This document shows positions 20,065 to 41,360 of a stretch of 64,000 bases of DNA, piece after piece. Where the stretch lies: the NCBI RefSeq assembly GCF_009914755.1, contig NC_060928.1. The stretch is one strand, 5' to 3'. Below the pieces are notes generated by a model that had not been told where the DNA came from, made no database searches, and saw only the letters and a list, made by a program, of their open reading frames with translations. Position 1 is the stretch's first letter; each line of letters starts with the position of its first letter. The stretch is from the human T2T-CHM13v2.0 reference genome, Homo sapiens. The position numbers and the translations under genes were made by a program.

Positions 20065-22859
20065 CTAGTGTGACCTTTGGGTGTATTGCAGAACCTTGTT
20101 TTGTCATATTATCAGAATTATTTTTCTGGTTCCTTCTCATTTGGGTATACTATTTCTTCTAATTATTCTTGAAATTATGTTTTATTTGACTGTGTTTTTT
20201 TTTATTTCTTTTTCCCCCCTTAAGACTGTGACTTTAAAGCTTATAGTTTAATGTAGCCTAATTCAGTAATTGGTGCATTCAGGAGTGAAGACCCTGTGTG
20301 AGAGCTTTAGTTATAGAGACTCTTTGCATGATAACCTTCTCAGATGCTTCTCGGTAGCAACATGCTCAGTGTGTGAGCAAGTTCACTATATCCTACGGAG
20401 TTGGAATAGCAGAGGTCTCTTGAAGCCTACTTCATTCCCCCATGATGTGTGCTTTTAATTAATTTATTTATTCACCAGTATTTTATTTACTGGGTTGAAC
20501 AACTCAGGCTTCAGGCTAGTAGGATAGGCGTCCCAGGGAAGAAACTGGTTGTGATTAAAGCAGGTGGGTAAATGCAATATGTAATGGTAGGCAGAGGTCC
20601 CAGCCTTGACAGAGCTGGCTGGAGGTTGGGAGAAGCTCTCAGAGAAGTACACTGAGGTCTTATCAGGGGAAAGGGTGGGAGCTACCTCCGCCCCTGTGTC
20701 AGGGCAGCAGAAAAGCAATCCACATTCCAGACACACTCATGACCCATTGTTCCAGTATTCCTGCTATTCCATCAGACAGGCACCTATTTTCATCTTCAGG
20801 AATGTTGATGTTCCAAGTATAGAGGAGTTCTGACTCTACCTCTCAACCACACCTGAACCTGAAAGGTGCATCCTCCAGGATGCAGTCACCCTGAAATGTT
20901 TGAAAAAGGTTGTCTAGGTGCACCCATGCTGAACACCTGTAAGAGAAGACCCAGTTGTGTCTTGCAGTGGTGGATGGGAGGAAAAAGAATTCCCCTTCTC
21001 CAAGACCCTTCATGAGCACCAGAGCTGCCTGACTGTTGGGGTACAGCTGCAGACTTTCCCTGCTGAACCCAGTACTGCAACTGTGCCTCTGAAGAAAGAA
21101 ACTTCCCAACAGCAAAAAGATCTGGGACTCAAGGCCTGCCAGCTGGATTCTTTTGTCCCATGGAGCGTCCCCTTAATGTGGCATACTTTCCTTTCGCCTA
21201 GGACCAGGAGTCCCTGAGAGCCAGGCCACTATGAATGCTGCTGTTCCTCTGGGTCTAGTAACCCAGTGGAGTTGCCACACTCCAGGTTGGTGCTGGGAAA
21301 GTCTGCAAGGGATCCACTGATGTAACAGTTCCTCAAGTCTCCCAGCATCAGGTACCAGCACCATCTCTGATGGGGATGGCAGGGGAGGGTCATAGACTCT
21401 ATGAGATTCCTTCGTTATAAATAGCCTTAGTGTGTTGGTTTTCTCAAATGCTGGTGGTGGTAGTAATGAACTGGTCACATGGACAGACTCAGGACCTCTG
21501 GTTAGCCAGGTTGGTAGCCAGAATGATACAGACAATAGTGATAGCAGAGGTCATGCACAAGTTTTCTCCTTTCTGGGCACATTGTTGTTCTACTTGGAGA
21601 TACTGTAATGCATTGTGTCAGTCAGCCTCCAGCCAGGAGGTGGTGCTTGCAAAAGAGTCTCAGTTGTGGTAGTAGTGGTGGGATTTGTACTTGCCTTATG
21701 TTACCCAGGGGAGATACTGTGGTTTCTCAGGTGACGGGCAGAGCTATAGAGCTCCCAAACATTTCTGTCCTTTGTGTTAAGCTATTAGGGCAAACGGAGG
21801 AGCAAAGCCAGGTGGGGGCTCCATCAGGTAGCTCCACGCTCTGACTCTACCCATGGAGGGCAGCAGTGGCCCCAGTGAGCATCAGAGGAATTCGTTGGCC
21901 ACTAGAGTAATGTTCTATGGAGGAGCATATCTGCCTCTGATGTACAAATGAGTTTGTACAGGGAGTCAGGAGTAGCAGGTGGCAGTAAACCCCGTCCAGC
22001 TCCCATGCACTTGGCAAAGCAAAACTCACACCTGCTAGCAACAGCTGTCTAAGTTCTAGGCACTTAATGCTCAGAACTCAAAATGCCCCAGGCCATAAGC
22101 CTTCCCCACAGAGACTGCAACCACAGCTTTCAGGCCATGCTTCTCCCAGTCTGCCTGTAAAGCTAGGGTGTGCAGCTCCTGCACTTGTGGCTGCAGCACA
22201 CTTCCCACCTTCTCCCTGCCTGAGTTAACTAGAAGATTTTTGTGAGATCCCCCCATGACACAGAATCAGGAATGGCTTCCCTTGGTTCACACTGGAGACC
22301 AAAAATGCCTGCAAGGCTCTTCCCACACTGCTCCTACTTTCATATTCCCCATTGCTCCTTAAATCAGTTCTAGCACTGGGTAGAGTTAAGGTGTTCCCCC
22401 ATGGGCAGATTGCCAGGTTCCCCAGTTGGGGTGTGTATCCTGGAGGCATTCTCTCTGCCTTTCACACTCTGAGGAAGAAGTTTTTCACATGGCTCACAGT
22501 GTGGGCTGCCAGCCTGCCACTTCTTTCAAAGGGTCTGTGATTTATTTCAGTTTTCCTGTTAAGTTCCTGCATTGCTTCTCAGAAAAAAAGTTCACAGTGA
22601 GAATTGCTATACACTATTTTGTCTTTCCAAATAGAATAGGCATTGTAACACTTGCCTCCAATCTGCCATCTTGGAAAAAAGAAACTACAATAATTTTATT
22701 ACTGTCATATATATGGTACTAGAAATTATTACATTAAAAATTTCCAAAACATTTTGCAGTTTTTAGTGCTTAGGAGGTAAAAGTTACCAACTTTGAATGA
22801 AATTACCAAGAAATTAATTACTTATTGGATGGCTTTGGCTCTAGAGGAAATGAGTAGTT

Positions 22860-25100
22860 TACAAAAGACCACATTTCTACATGAATAATTAAAAAGAAAT
22901 TCAGGCAAAATGTAACAAGATCCTATTTTTAAAGACCTCATTGAGTTGTAGAAGTACCATAGACCAGAAGCCTACGATTCTGATGAGGGTAGACCTCTGA
23001 GAGGTGAGCTACTGGTGTGCAGGTGCACTCTCCCTCAGGGCATTTTCTGATAAAGGCAACAGAGTAAAAATTTGAGATTAGCCTGGCAGAGAAATGCTGC
23101 TAAGCAACTGTGTCTTCTTGGGCCAGAATGACAAAATTGCACATTTGAGGAGCCTCAAAGCACATGGCCTATTTCTTGATCAAGGTATTTGTAAGGAGTA
23201 AAGGCAGTGTGAAGCTAAAAATCTAAGCCAAAAAACTGAAATACAGAGGCATCAAAGAGTAAAGTTAAGAACCTGATAGAAGGACCCTCAAAAACATCAG
23301 GCTCATGTTTGATATCCCCATAGTACTACACTTAAGAAAATGAAACAACCAAGAGGTAAATTAAGTAATGGCAAAAATGTAATCAGCACAGTTCATAATT
23401 GGGTTAATGTAATTTTATCTTCACCTGTATCTACCTTGCAGAGGAAAGTGTGAAATTTCACTAGTAGAAAATAACATCATTTAGAATCTTTACAATGTTT
23501 TATATGCAGTATCTGGCAAGCTATTAAAAATTATAGGGCATGCCAAAAAACAGAAGGCATGGTCAAAAATCAAGAGAAAAAAAACATAAAATAACAGACT
23601 AATGGATGATCCAGATATTAGAGTTAGCAGACAAGAATTTTTTTAAAACTATGATTAATGTGTTCAATAAAACAGATGAAAAAATAGAAAAGAAATAGTT
23701 GAAATCGTAAATAATTTGTCCTGAGAAATGAATTATTTAAGAAAGAATTAAACAGGCATTCTAGAAATAAAAAAATACAATATCTGAAATTAAGAACTCA
23801 ATAGATTGATTTAATGGTAGTTGAAATAGTTGAAAAAAAGTAGTGAATTAAATTATAACTCAGTAGGAAATATCTAAACTGTAGCATGAAAGCAAAAAAA
23901 GTTGTAATACAGAAGAATTTTTTTTTTTTTTTTTTTTGAGACAGCATCTCACTCTGTCGCCCAGGCTGGAGTGCAGTGGCACGATCTCGGCTCACGGCTT
24001 GCTCCACCTTATGGGTTCACGCCATTCTCCTGCCTCAGCCTCCTGAGCAGCTGAAACTACAGGTGTCTGCCACCATGCCCGGCTAATTTTTTTGTATTTT
24101 TAGTAGAGACGGGGTTTCACTGTGTTAGCCAAAATGGTCTCGATCTCCTGACCTCGTGATCCACCCATCTCGGCCTCCCAAAGGGCTGGGATTACAGGTG
24201 TGAGCCACCGCACCCGGCCTAATACAGAAGAATTCTAAGAGTGTTCGAGGCATGGTGAATAGTTCTAACACATATATTTATGAGAGTCTCAGAAAGACAG
24301 CAAGAAAAAATATGACAAAATACATAAAAGATAATAGCCAAGAATAATTTAAAACCGATAAAGGACATAAACCCACAGATTCAAAGGTTCTGCAAACCTC
24401 AGGCTAATGTATTAAAAAGAAAACAACACTTCAGACACATCAAAGGTTAAAAACCAAAGACAATATCTCTGGAAGGAGAAACAATAAGCTGGACAGCTTA
24501 CTTCTCAATGGAAAAGATGGAAAGTCTAAAAAAACAAAATATTATTAAAGTGCTGAAAATAATCACCAGCCTAAAAATCTATACTCAAAAATAAATCATT
24601 CAAAAATAACAAAATACATTTCAGACAAACAAAAACTGTAATAATTCAGCAGCAGACCTGGACCAGAAGAAATGCTAAAGGAAGTTTTTCAGACAGAAGA
24701 AAAACGATTCCATTTTTCATAAAAATGCAAATGCAAAAAGGAATGAAGCACAATAGAGAAATAAATAAAAAAAGTAATCCACACAACAAAATAATAATAT
24801 TCAAAAAACTTAAAATATGTAGATTTAAAATGTTTGACAATAATTAAACAAAATACAAGATAACAAAATGGAGTTAAAATGTTCTGAGTCAGTCTTATTG
24901 AGAAAGTGGTAAAGGTCATCCTTCTTATTGGATTGCAATACATGAATGCTTATTGTAATTTTCATGGCAAAAACTAAAAGAATAGTAAAAAAACTAAAAA
25001 TGTAATATTGATGAAATGAAATAAAATAAAATATTTGATTAATATTTTATTTGATTATAATATTTGATTAATCCACACAGAAAGAGATAAGAAAAAGTGG
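22860..25100 (+). mobile_element. Ancient L1M remnant (5'/ORF1 region), interrupted by AluY
   Basis: A-rich, diverged ORF1-like sequence (e.g. aaacccacagattcaa, acttctcaatggaaaagatggaa). Appears to resume at about 31100-31250. Confidence 0.6.
23920..24219 (-). mobile_element. AluY
   Basis: gggttcacgccattctcc diagnostic, long T tract, perfect 15-bp TSD taatacagaagaatt (23905-23919 / 24220-24234). Confidence 0.92.
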
Positions 25101-25774
25101 ATAATGGGAATCATGGCAGACAGGAGGCAGAACTAGATGGCATCCCACTTGGAAGGACAGAGCAGTGTGTGGAGTCTCAGACCATGAACTTTTGCTCCAG
25201 ACCTACCACAGAAATAAATCAAGAAAGCTGAGAGAACACACAGACCCACTGAAAAAAGCAGATTGCTCCTGCAGGAGCCAGGAGACACCCCAAATATTGT
25301 GCTGGTATCCATGGCTGAGAGATCCACATATGGTTCACATCACAGAACTCTGCGCAGACAACCCCCAGTAGCAGCCCAGAGCCTAATAGACCTGATGGGT
25401 GGCTGGATCCAGAAGAGACATAACAATTACTACAGCTTGGCTCACAGAAAGCCACACCCCTAGGAAAAGGGGGAGAATAATACAGCAAGGGGACACCCCA
25501 TGGGACAAATTAATCTTGTTTCCCTTGAAAACAGCCTTGAGTCCTACACCTTTCCTCTGACAGAGCCTACCCAAATGAGAAGGAACCAAAATCCCAACTC
25601 TGGTAATAAGACAAAATAAGGTTCATTAACATCCTCAAAAAATCACATTAGCTCACCAGCAATGGATCCAAACCAAGAAGAAATCCCTGATTTGCCTGAA
25701 AAAGAATTCAGAGGAAAGTTATTAAGCTAATCAAAAAGGCGTCAGAGAAAGTCAGAGCCCAATTTAAGGAAATA

Positions 25775-25917
25775 AATATATATATATGTGAAATATACAT
25801 AGGTGAAATATACATGTGAAATATATATGAAATATACATGTGAAATATATATGAAATATATATGTGAAATATATATGAAATATATATGTGAAATATATGT
25901 GAAATATATATATGAAA
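25775..25917. repeat. (atatatgtgaaat / atatatgaaat)n tandem repeat inside L1 ORF1
   Basis: About 10 copies of tgaaatata with 11-17 bp periods. Confidence 0.9.
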
Positions 25918-26738
25918 TGAAGGAAGAAATATTCAATAAAATAAACAGTATAAATAAAAAACAATCAAAACTTCAGTAAACAATGGACACACTAATAGAA
26001 ATGCAAAATGCTCTGGAAAGTCTCAGCAATAGAATGTAACAAGCAGAAGAAGGAACTTGAAGCTTGAAGACAATGTTTTTTAATTCACCCAATCAAACAA
26101 AGACAAAGAAAAAAAATAAGAAAATATGAACAAAGCTTCCAAGAAGTCTAGGATTATGTTAAACGACCAAACCTAAGAATAATTGAGAAAGAAGGGAAAT
26201 CTAGAAGTTTGGAAAACATACTTGGGGAAGTAAGTGAGGAAAACGTTCCCAGCCTTGCTAAAGACCTAGACATCCAAATACAAGAAGCTCAAAAAACACC
26301 TGGGAAATTCATCACAAAAGATCACTGCCTAGGGAAAATGTTATCAGGTTATCTAAAGTTAAGAGGAAAAAAACAATCTTAAGAGCTGTGAGGCAGAAGC
26401 ACCAGGTAACCTATAAAGGAAAACCTATCAGATTAAAAGCAGATTTCTCAGCAGAAACCCTACAAGCTAGAAGAGATTAGGGCCTTATCTTCAGCCTCCT
26501 TAAACAAAACAACTATAAGCCAAAACTTTTGTATCCAGTGAAACTGAGCTTCAGGAATGAAGGAAACATACAACCTTTTCAGACAAACAAATGCTGAGAG
26601 AATTTGCCACTACCAGGCCAGTACTACAAGAACTGCTAAAAGGAGCCCTAAATTTTAAAACAAATCCCAGAAGCACATCAAAACAGAACCTCTTTAGACC
26701 ATAAATCTCACAGGACCTACAAAACAAAAATACAACTA

Positions 26739-27116
<378 letters not shown>

Positions 27117-30100
27117 TCAATACTAACATTGAATGTACATTGCCTAAATGCTCCATTTAAAAAATACAGAATTGCAGAAGGAATAAGAATTTACCAACTA
27201 GCAGTCTCTGCTCCATTCAGGAGACTCACCTGACACATAAGAACTCATATAAACTTAAGGTAAAGGGGTGGAAAAAGACACTCCATGCAAATGAACACCA
27301 AAAGCCAGGAGAAGTAGCTCTTCTTATATCAGACAAAACAAACTTTAAAGCAACAGCAGTTTAAAAAGACAAAGAAGGCCTTGTCCAACAGGAAAATATC
27401 ACAATCCTAAATATATATGCATCTAATACTGGAGCTCCCAAATTTATAAAACAATTACTACTAGACGTAAGAAATGAGATAGACAGCAACACAATAACAG
27501 TGGGGGACTTCAGTACTTCACGCACAGCACTAGACAGGTCATCAAGACAGAAAGTCAACAAAGAAACAATGGATTTAAACTATGCCCTATGACAAATGGA
27601 CTTAACAGATCTTTACAGAACATTTTACCCAACAATTGCAGACTATACATTCTATTCATCAGCACATGCAATGTTCTCCAAGATAGACCATATGATAGGC
27701 CATGAAACAAGCCTCAATAAATTTAAGAAAACTGAAATTATTACAAGCACTCTTTCAGACCACAGTAGAATAAAACACGAAATCAACTCTAAAAGGAACC
27801 TTCAAAATCATGCAAATAGAGGGAAATTAAATAATATGCTCCTGAATGATCACTGGGTCAACAATGAAATCAAGATGGAAATTAAAAGATTACTCAAACA
27901 GAACAATAGTAACACAATCTAACAAAACCTTTGGGATACAGCAAAGGTAGTGCTAAGAGGAAAGTTCATAGCCCTAAATGCCTACACCAAAAAGTCTAAA
28001 AGAGCACAAACAGACAATCTAAGGTCACACCTCAAAGAACTAGAGAAACAAGAAAAAACCAAACTTAACCCCAGTAAAAGAAAGGAAATAACCAAGATCA
28101 GAGTAGAATAAATGAAATTGAAACTATACAAAAGATAAATGAAACAAAAAGCAAAAAGATAAATAAAATTGATAGGCCATTAGCAAGATTAACCAAGAAA
28201 AGAAGAGAGAAAATCCAAATAAGCTCAATTAGAAACAAAATGGGACATATTACAACTGACACCACAGAAATACAAAAGATCATTCAAGGCTACTATGAAC
28301 ATCTTTATACATAAAAACTAGAAAACCTAGAGGAGATGGATAAATTCCTGGAAAGATACAACCAACCTAGCTTAAATCAGGAAGAAGCAGATACCCTGAA
28401 CAAACCAATAGTGATATTGAAATGGTAATAAAAACTTACCAAGAAAAAAAAAAGTCCAGGACCAGAAGGATTCAAAGCTGAATTCTACCAGACATTCAAA
28501 GAAGAATTGGTACCAATCCTTTTGACACTATTCAAAACGATAGAGAAAGAGGGAAACCTCTCTAAATCATTCTATAAAGCCAGTATCACCCTAATACCAA
28601 AACATGGAAAGGACATAACAAAAAAAGAAAACTACAAATGGATATCCCTGATGAACATAGATGTAAAAATCCTTAACAAAATACTAGCTCACTGAATCCA
28701 AAGACACATCAAAAAGATAATCTACCATGATCAAGTAGGTTTCACACCAGGGATGCAGGGAAGGTTTAATATATGCAAGTCAATAATTGTGATACATCAC
28801 ATAAACAGAATTAAAAAGAAAAATCACATGATCATCTCAATAGATGCAGAAAAAGCATTTGACAAAATCCAGCATCACTTTATGATTAAAATTCTCATCA
28901 AAATCAGCATAGAAGGGACAAATCTCAATGTAATAAAAGCCATCTATGACAAACCACAACCAACATAATACTGAATGGGGAAAAGTTGAAAGCATTCCCC
29001 CTCTGAGAACTGGAACAAGACAAAGATGCCTACTCTCACCACTTCTATTCAACATAGTACTGGAAGTACTAGCCAGAGCAATCAGACAACAGAAAGAAAT
29101 AAAGGGCATGCAAATTGGTAAAGAGAAAATAAAACTGTCACTGTTTGCTGATGATATGATTGTATACCTAGAAAACCCTAAAGACTCCTCCAAAAAGCTC
29201 CTAGAACTGGTAAAAGAATTCAGCAAAGTTTCCAGATACAAAATTAATGTACACAAATCAGTAGCTCTTCTATATACCAACAGTGACAAGCTAAGAATCA
29301 AATCAAGAACTCAAACTTTTTACAATAGCTTCAAGAAAAATAAAATACTTAGGAATATACCTAACCAAGGAGGTGAAAGACCTCTACAAGGAAAACTACA
29401 AAACACTGCTGAAAGAAATCATAGACCACAAAAAACAAATAGAAACACATCCCATACTCATGGATGGGTAGAATCAATATTGTGAAAATGACCATATTGC
29501 CAAAAGCAATCTATAAATTCAATGCAATTCCCATCAAAATACCATCATCACCCTCACAGAACTAGAAAAAATATCCTAAAATTGATATAGAATCAAAGAA
29601 AAGCCCACATAGCCAAGGCAAGACCAAGCAAAAAGAACAAATGTGGAGGCATCACATTACCTGAATTCAAACTACACTACAAGGCCATAGTCACTAAAAC
29701 AGCATGGTACTGGTATAAACATAGGTGCATAGATCAATGGAACAGAATAGAGAACTCGGAAATAAACCTAAATACTTACAGTCAACTGGTCTTCAACGAA
29801 GCAAACAAAAACATAAAATGGAAAAAAAAAAAACACCCTATTCAACAAACGTGCTGGGAAAATTGGCGAGCCAAATGTAGGAGAATGAAACTGAATCCTC
29901 ATTTCTCACCTTATACAGAAATCAACTCAAGATGGGTCAAGAACTTAAATCTAAGATCTGAAACTATAAAAATTCTAGAAGATAACACCAGCAAAAACCT
30001 TCTAGACATTGGCTTAGGCAAAGATTTCATGACCAAGGAGAACCCAAAAACAAATGCAAATGCAATAAAAGCAAAGATAAATAGCTGGGACTTAATTAAA

Positions 30101-31347
30101 CTGAAGAGCTTTTGTATGGCAAAAGGAACAGTCAGCAGAGTAAACAGACAACCCATAGAGTGGGAGAAAATCATCATAATCTATACATCTGACAAAGGAC
30201 TAATATCCAGAATCTACAACAAACTCAACCAAATTAGCAAGAAAACAAACAATCCCATCCAAAAGTGGGCTGAGGACATGAATAGACAATTCTCAAATGA
30301 AGATATACAAATAGCCAACAAACATATGAAAATGATGCTCAGCATCATTAATGATCAGGTAAATGCAAATCAAAACTACAATGTGATACCACCTTACTCC
30401 TGCAAGAATGGCCATAATCAAAAAATCAAAAAATAATAGATGTTAGTGTGGATGCAGTGAACAGGGAACACTTTTATACTGATGGTCAGAACATAAACTA
30501 GTACAACCACTATGGAAAACATTATCGAGATTTCATTAAAAACTTAAAGTAGAACTACCATTTGATCCAGCAATCCCACTACTGGTTATCTACCCATAGG
30601 AAAAGTAGTCATTATATGAAAAAGATACTTGCACACGCACGTTTATAGCAGCATAATTCGCAATTGTAAAAATGTGGAACCAACCCAAATGCCCATCAAT
30701 CAATGAGTGGATAAAGAAACTGTGGTACATGTCTACAATGAAATACTACTCAGCAATAAAAAGGAATGAATTAATGGCATTCACAGAAACCTGGTTGAGA
30801 CTGGAGACTATTATTCTTAGCGAAGTAACTCAGGAATGGAAAACCAAACATCTTATGTTCTCATTCATATGTGAGACCTAAGCTACGAGGAAGCAAAGGC
30901 ATAAGAATGACACAATGAACTTTGAAGACTCAGGGGGAATGGGTGGAAGGGAAAGAGGAATAAAGGACTACAAATTGGGTGCAGTGTATATTGCTGGGAT
31001 GATGGATGCACCAAATCTCACAAATCACCACTAAAGAATTTATTCATGTGACCAAACACTACCTAGTCCCCAATAGCCTGTGGAAATTTAAAAAAAAATT
31101 AAGTGGCAAAACAAATGGACCAATACAATACATAAAATAGTGTAATACGTATACACACAAACATGTTGATAATCAAATTAAACATAAATCAATTGATACT
31201 GCAATTAAACACAAGGTTTACCAGACTGAATTTTTAAAAATCAGACATGTTTAGGGTTTATATTTCACTCTTGATTTTAGATTTTGTCAAATATTCTATA
31301 AACTGAGTCTTAGTTACACCTGTAGATAGTTTTAAATTGTCAACAAG

Positions 31348-31570
31348 AATAGCAAATTTACTGAGTCCTTACTGTGTTCCAGAAGATATTCAAAGTGTTT
31401 TTTGATTCACTTAGTATTGCAACAACACTTTTAGGTATGTACTATTATGATCTTCATTTTACTAAGTACAAAGAGTTTAAATAACTTGCACGAGATCAGT
31501 GGCAGAGCAAAAAAGTATATTCAAACACTCTGAGTCCAGAGATCATGCTAATAATCACTGTGCTAGGCTT
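31348..31570 (-). mobile_element. MIR
   Basis: aatagcaaatttactgagtccttactgtgttccag...taaataacttgc...gtggcagagc resembles the reverse complement of the MIR consensus. Confidence 0.65.
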
Positions 31571-31607
31571 CTCAATATCTACAGTGAAGAATAAATACTA
31601 TAATTCT

Positions 31608-31947
<340 letters not shown>

Positions 31948-32108
31948 TCAGGTTACTAAGAATAATGAACTGTTAGTACATTTTAAACAAAATATAGCAG
32001 AAATGTTCCAAAAACTATTAACATTCATGATGGATTTAAAATATACTTATATCAGCACTTAAAATAGTTAATAAATTTAATATTATGTTTTTTACCACAA
32101 AAATATAT

Positions 32109-32390
32109 ACTGGGCGTGGTGGCTCACCCCTGTAACCCCACTGCTTTGGGAGGCAGAGGCAGGGGGACTCGTGCCAGGAGTTCAAGATCATCCTGGGCAG
32201 CAAAGTGAGACCTTGTCTCTATGAAAAATTTTTTTAAAATAGCCAGGTGTAACGGCCCATGCCTGTGGTCCCAGCTACACAGAAGACTGAAGCAGGAGGA
32301 TCACTTGAACCCAGGAGGGCAAGGGTGCAGTGAGCCATACCTGCACCATTGCACTCCAGCCTGGGCAAGAGTGAGACCCTATTTGAAATA
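32109..32390 (+). mobile_element. AluJ followed by an AT-rich minisatellite (to about 32480)
   Basis: Diverged dimeric Alu. tatttgaaata recurs at 32380, 32417 and 32448. Confidence 0.85.
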
Positions 32391-32787
32391 CATATATATA
32401 TAAATACATATATATGTATTTGAAATATATATACACACATATATATGTATTTGAAATATACATACACACATATATATTTATTTATACTTATATCGGACTA
32501 AATGAACAATAGAAATTAAAGACAAATATCAAAGGTTGATGACAGATAGAAACTCAAACTGAAAGTCTAGAAATCTAGCAATCTAAAAAAATTAATTTAG
32601 AGTACATGTAGGTATGTTAAACTTGTTCTTATATTTAATGTTCTTAAATTTAATGAAAAATAAATTAAATTGGCAGAAACTAGAGAGCTATTTTGAGGAG
32701 GCTATCAGATGCACCACTGGGACCTGTGGGAGCAAAATATAATAAAAGAAAAATGTCTGTAAGTTAATGATATGTGAATAGGAAGGA

Positions 32788-33165
32788 CTATGATGGGTCT
32801 GAAATTTTGCCCTACTTCAAGTTACAAAGGTGACCTGCCACAGTTTCACAGAAAAATGCAAAACTCCTGAGTCAGAGACAAAGGACTTTATTCCTCATGG
32901 CATAACAAACAGCATGAGAACAGCACACTTGCATCAGTCCTCCTTGCCCTAAAGTCTTACTGGGGACAAGGCAGATGGGGCAAAATAAACACTAGCACAC
33001 AAAATGGGAGAAAAACTGTGAGTTCTGGGAATGTGGATCTTTTATAATGAGCAGTAAGCACACCCTTTGCTGAGGAGGGAGACATTGTATCTTTGAAGGC
33101 AATCATCCTTAAAAAGGATGTACAATCATCCTTAAAAAGGAGGTGCAAGCAAAGGTGTGTAGAAA
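32788..33165 (-). mobile_element. Old ERVL-type LTR fragment (subfamily not assigned)
   Basis: gggtctgaaattttgccctactt...gagtcagagacaaaggactttatt resembles the reverse-complemented 3' end of old ERVL LTRs, with AATAAA on the minus strand. Confidence 0.5.
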
Positions 33166-33596
33166 CACAAAACACACAGAGAATTGTCTCTTAATGATAA
33201 AAAAAGAATAAAAATAGATGTTTGCACAGAATATAGACTTATTTGAGCACACTTACATAGAAAACCCTCAGAAAAATAAGTTTTAATGAACATTAAAAAC
33301 CTGAAAAAACTAATATCTAAATTATAAGAATCCCACAAATATAATAAAATAAATAACAATTCATGTATCAGCAATTAAGGGCAACAGATTTCAAAGTAGT
33401 TATATAACAATTCTTACCTTTAAATTGTTACACATATTTTTTCTGGTTTGCTTTTCATTGTTCCTTCTGTTGTTGTCTTAAAATCACACTATACATCTTA
33501 AAACTGTACTACACAAAATTCAGTTATTACTTGTACTGAATTGAAATATGAATCTCTGCAGTTTTCACCTATTGGTCTTGACAGAATCCCATATGT

Positions 33597-40575
<6,979 letters not shown>

Positions 40576-40589
40576 AGAATCCCGTATGT

Positions 40590-40775
40590 CACACAGAACT
40601 TTCCCATTTTAGAAAGCTTTCCATTTTAAAACCAATTGTCTGGTTTATTCTCCCTAAGTCTTTACTTCTCTATATTAAGCATCTTCATTTTTTTCAAATG
40701 TTCTTTGTACTACGTGGTTTAAACTTATGTGCCTTCACCTTTCTGATCACCTTCCCATGAACAAATCCCCAGAGC
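40590..40775 (-). mobile_element. Probable L3/CR1 fragment, split by the L1PA7 (other piece at about 33545-33596)
   Basis: Weak resemblance to the reverse-complemented L3 consensus (cacacagaac...ccttcacctttctgatcacc). Confidence 0.4.
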
Positions 40776-41011
40776 ATATTTTTTCAAACGCTATATTTTT
40801 CATCTCTAGAAATTCAATTTGTGTTTTTTATTTCTGCCATTTCTCTATTATGTAATATGTTCAATATTTCTCCTACTTTCCTTAACATATGGAACATGGT
40901 TATAATAACTATTTTACATCCTTTTCTATTAATTATAACATGTAATTTCAAGAGAACCCTAAGAGCTTGATATTCAACATAAAGAATATTATTTTTGTAT
41001 GAATGTATTAC

Positions 41012-41172
41012 CTGATAATCAGCAGGTCCAGGGGTAGCACAAGCTTCTTTCTGAACCGAGAAGAAAGTCCGAGGAACAGAAGAACCAAATGCACTTTTCT
41101 TCTGTTTCTTTGAGCAGATATTTCTAACACTGGCAATTATAGTATTGTTCAAGACATTATAAAATCCAGGAC
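41012..41172 (-). CDS. STPG2: Coding exon, 161 nt (G-PGFYNVLNNTIIASVRNICSKKQKKSAFGSSVPRTFFSVQKEACATPGPADYQ)
   Basis: Acceptor aattttag|GT, donor CAG|gtaata. Phase 1 to 0, completing the Gly codon from the previous exon. Lies inside ORF-track entry 40814..41317 and carries PGPGFY and PGPADY repeats. Confidence 0.95.
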
Positions 41173-41360
41173 CTAAAATTATTAGAAGTATCATATATAA
41201 GAATAAGCATGCTTTTATATGCACCTTTTGAACTGAGTAATTTTTAATTAAGGGTTTTTTTCTAAATAAAAAACCCTCACATATTTCTGGCATAAATGTA
41301 ACATGGCATAGTCGCATTTTAAAATTTGGTCAAATTTTTATACAGTTAACATATACTTGC

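Noticed and set aside
20270-22722. Cluster of short GC-richer ORFs suggesting a gene or promoter
   Set aside because: Falls within the long 5'UTR of the minus-strand L1. The ORFs overlap on both strands with no recognisable protein.
40814-41317. 167-aa ORF as a stand-alone gene
   Set aside because: Only 41012-41172 is bounded by splice sites and fits the spliced frame. The flanks are intronic read-through.
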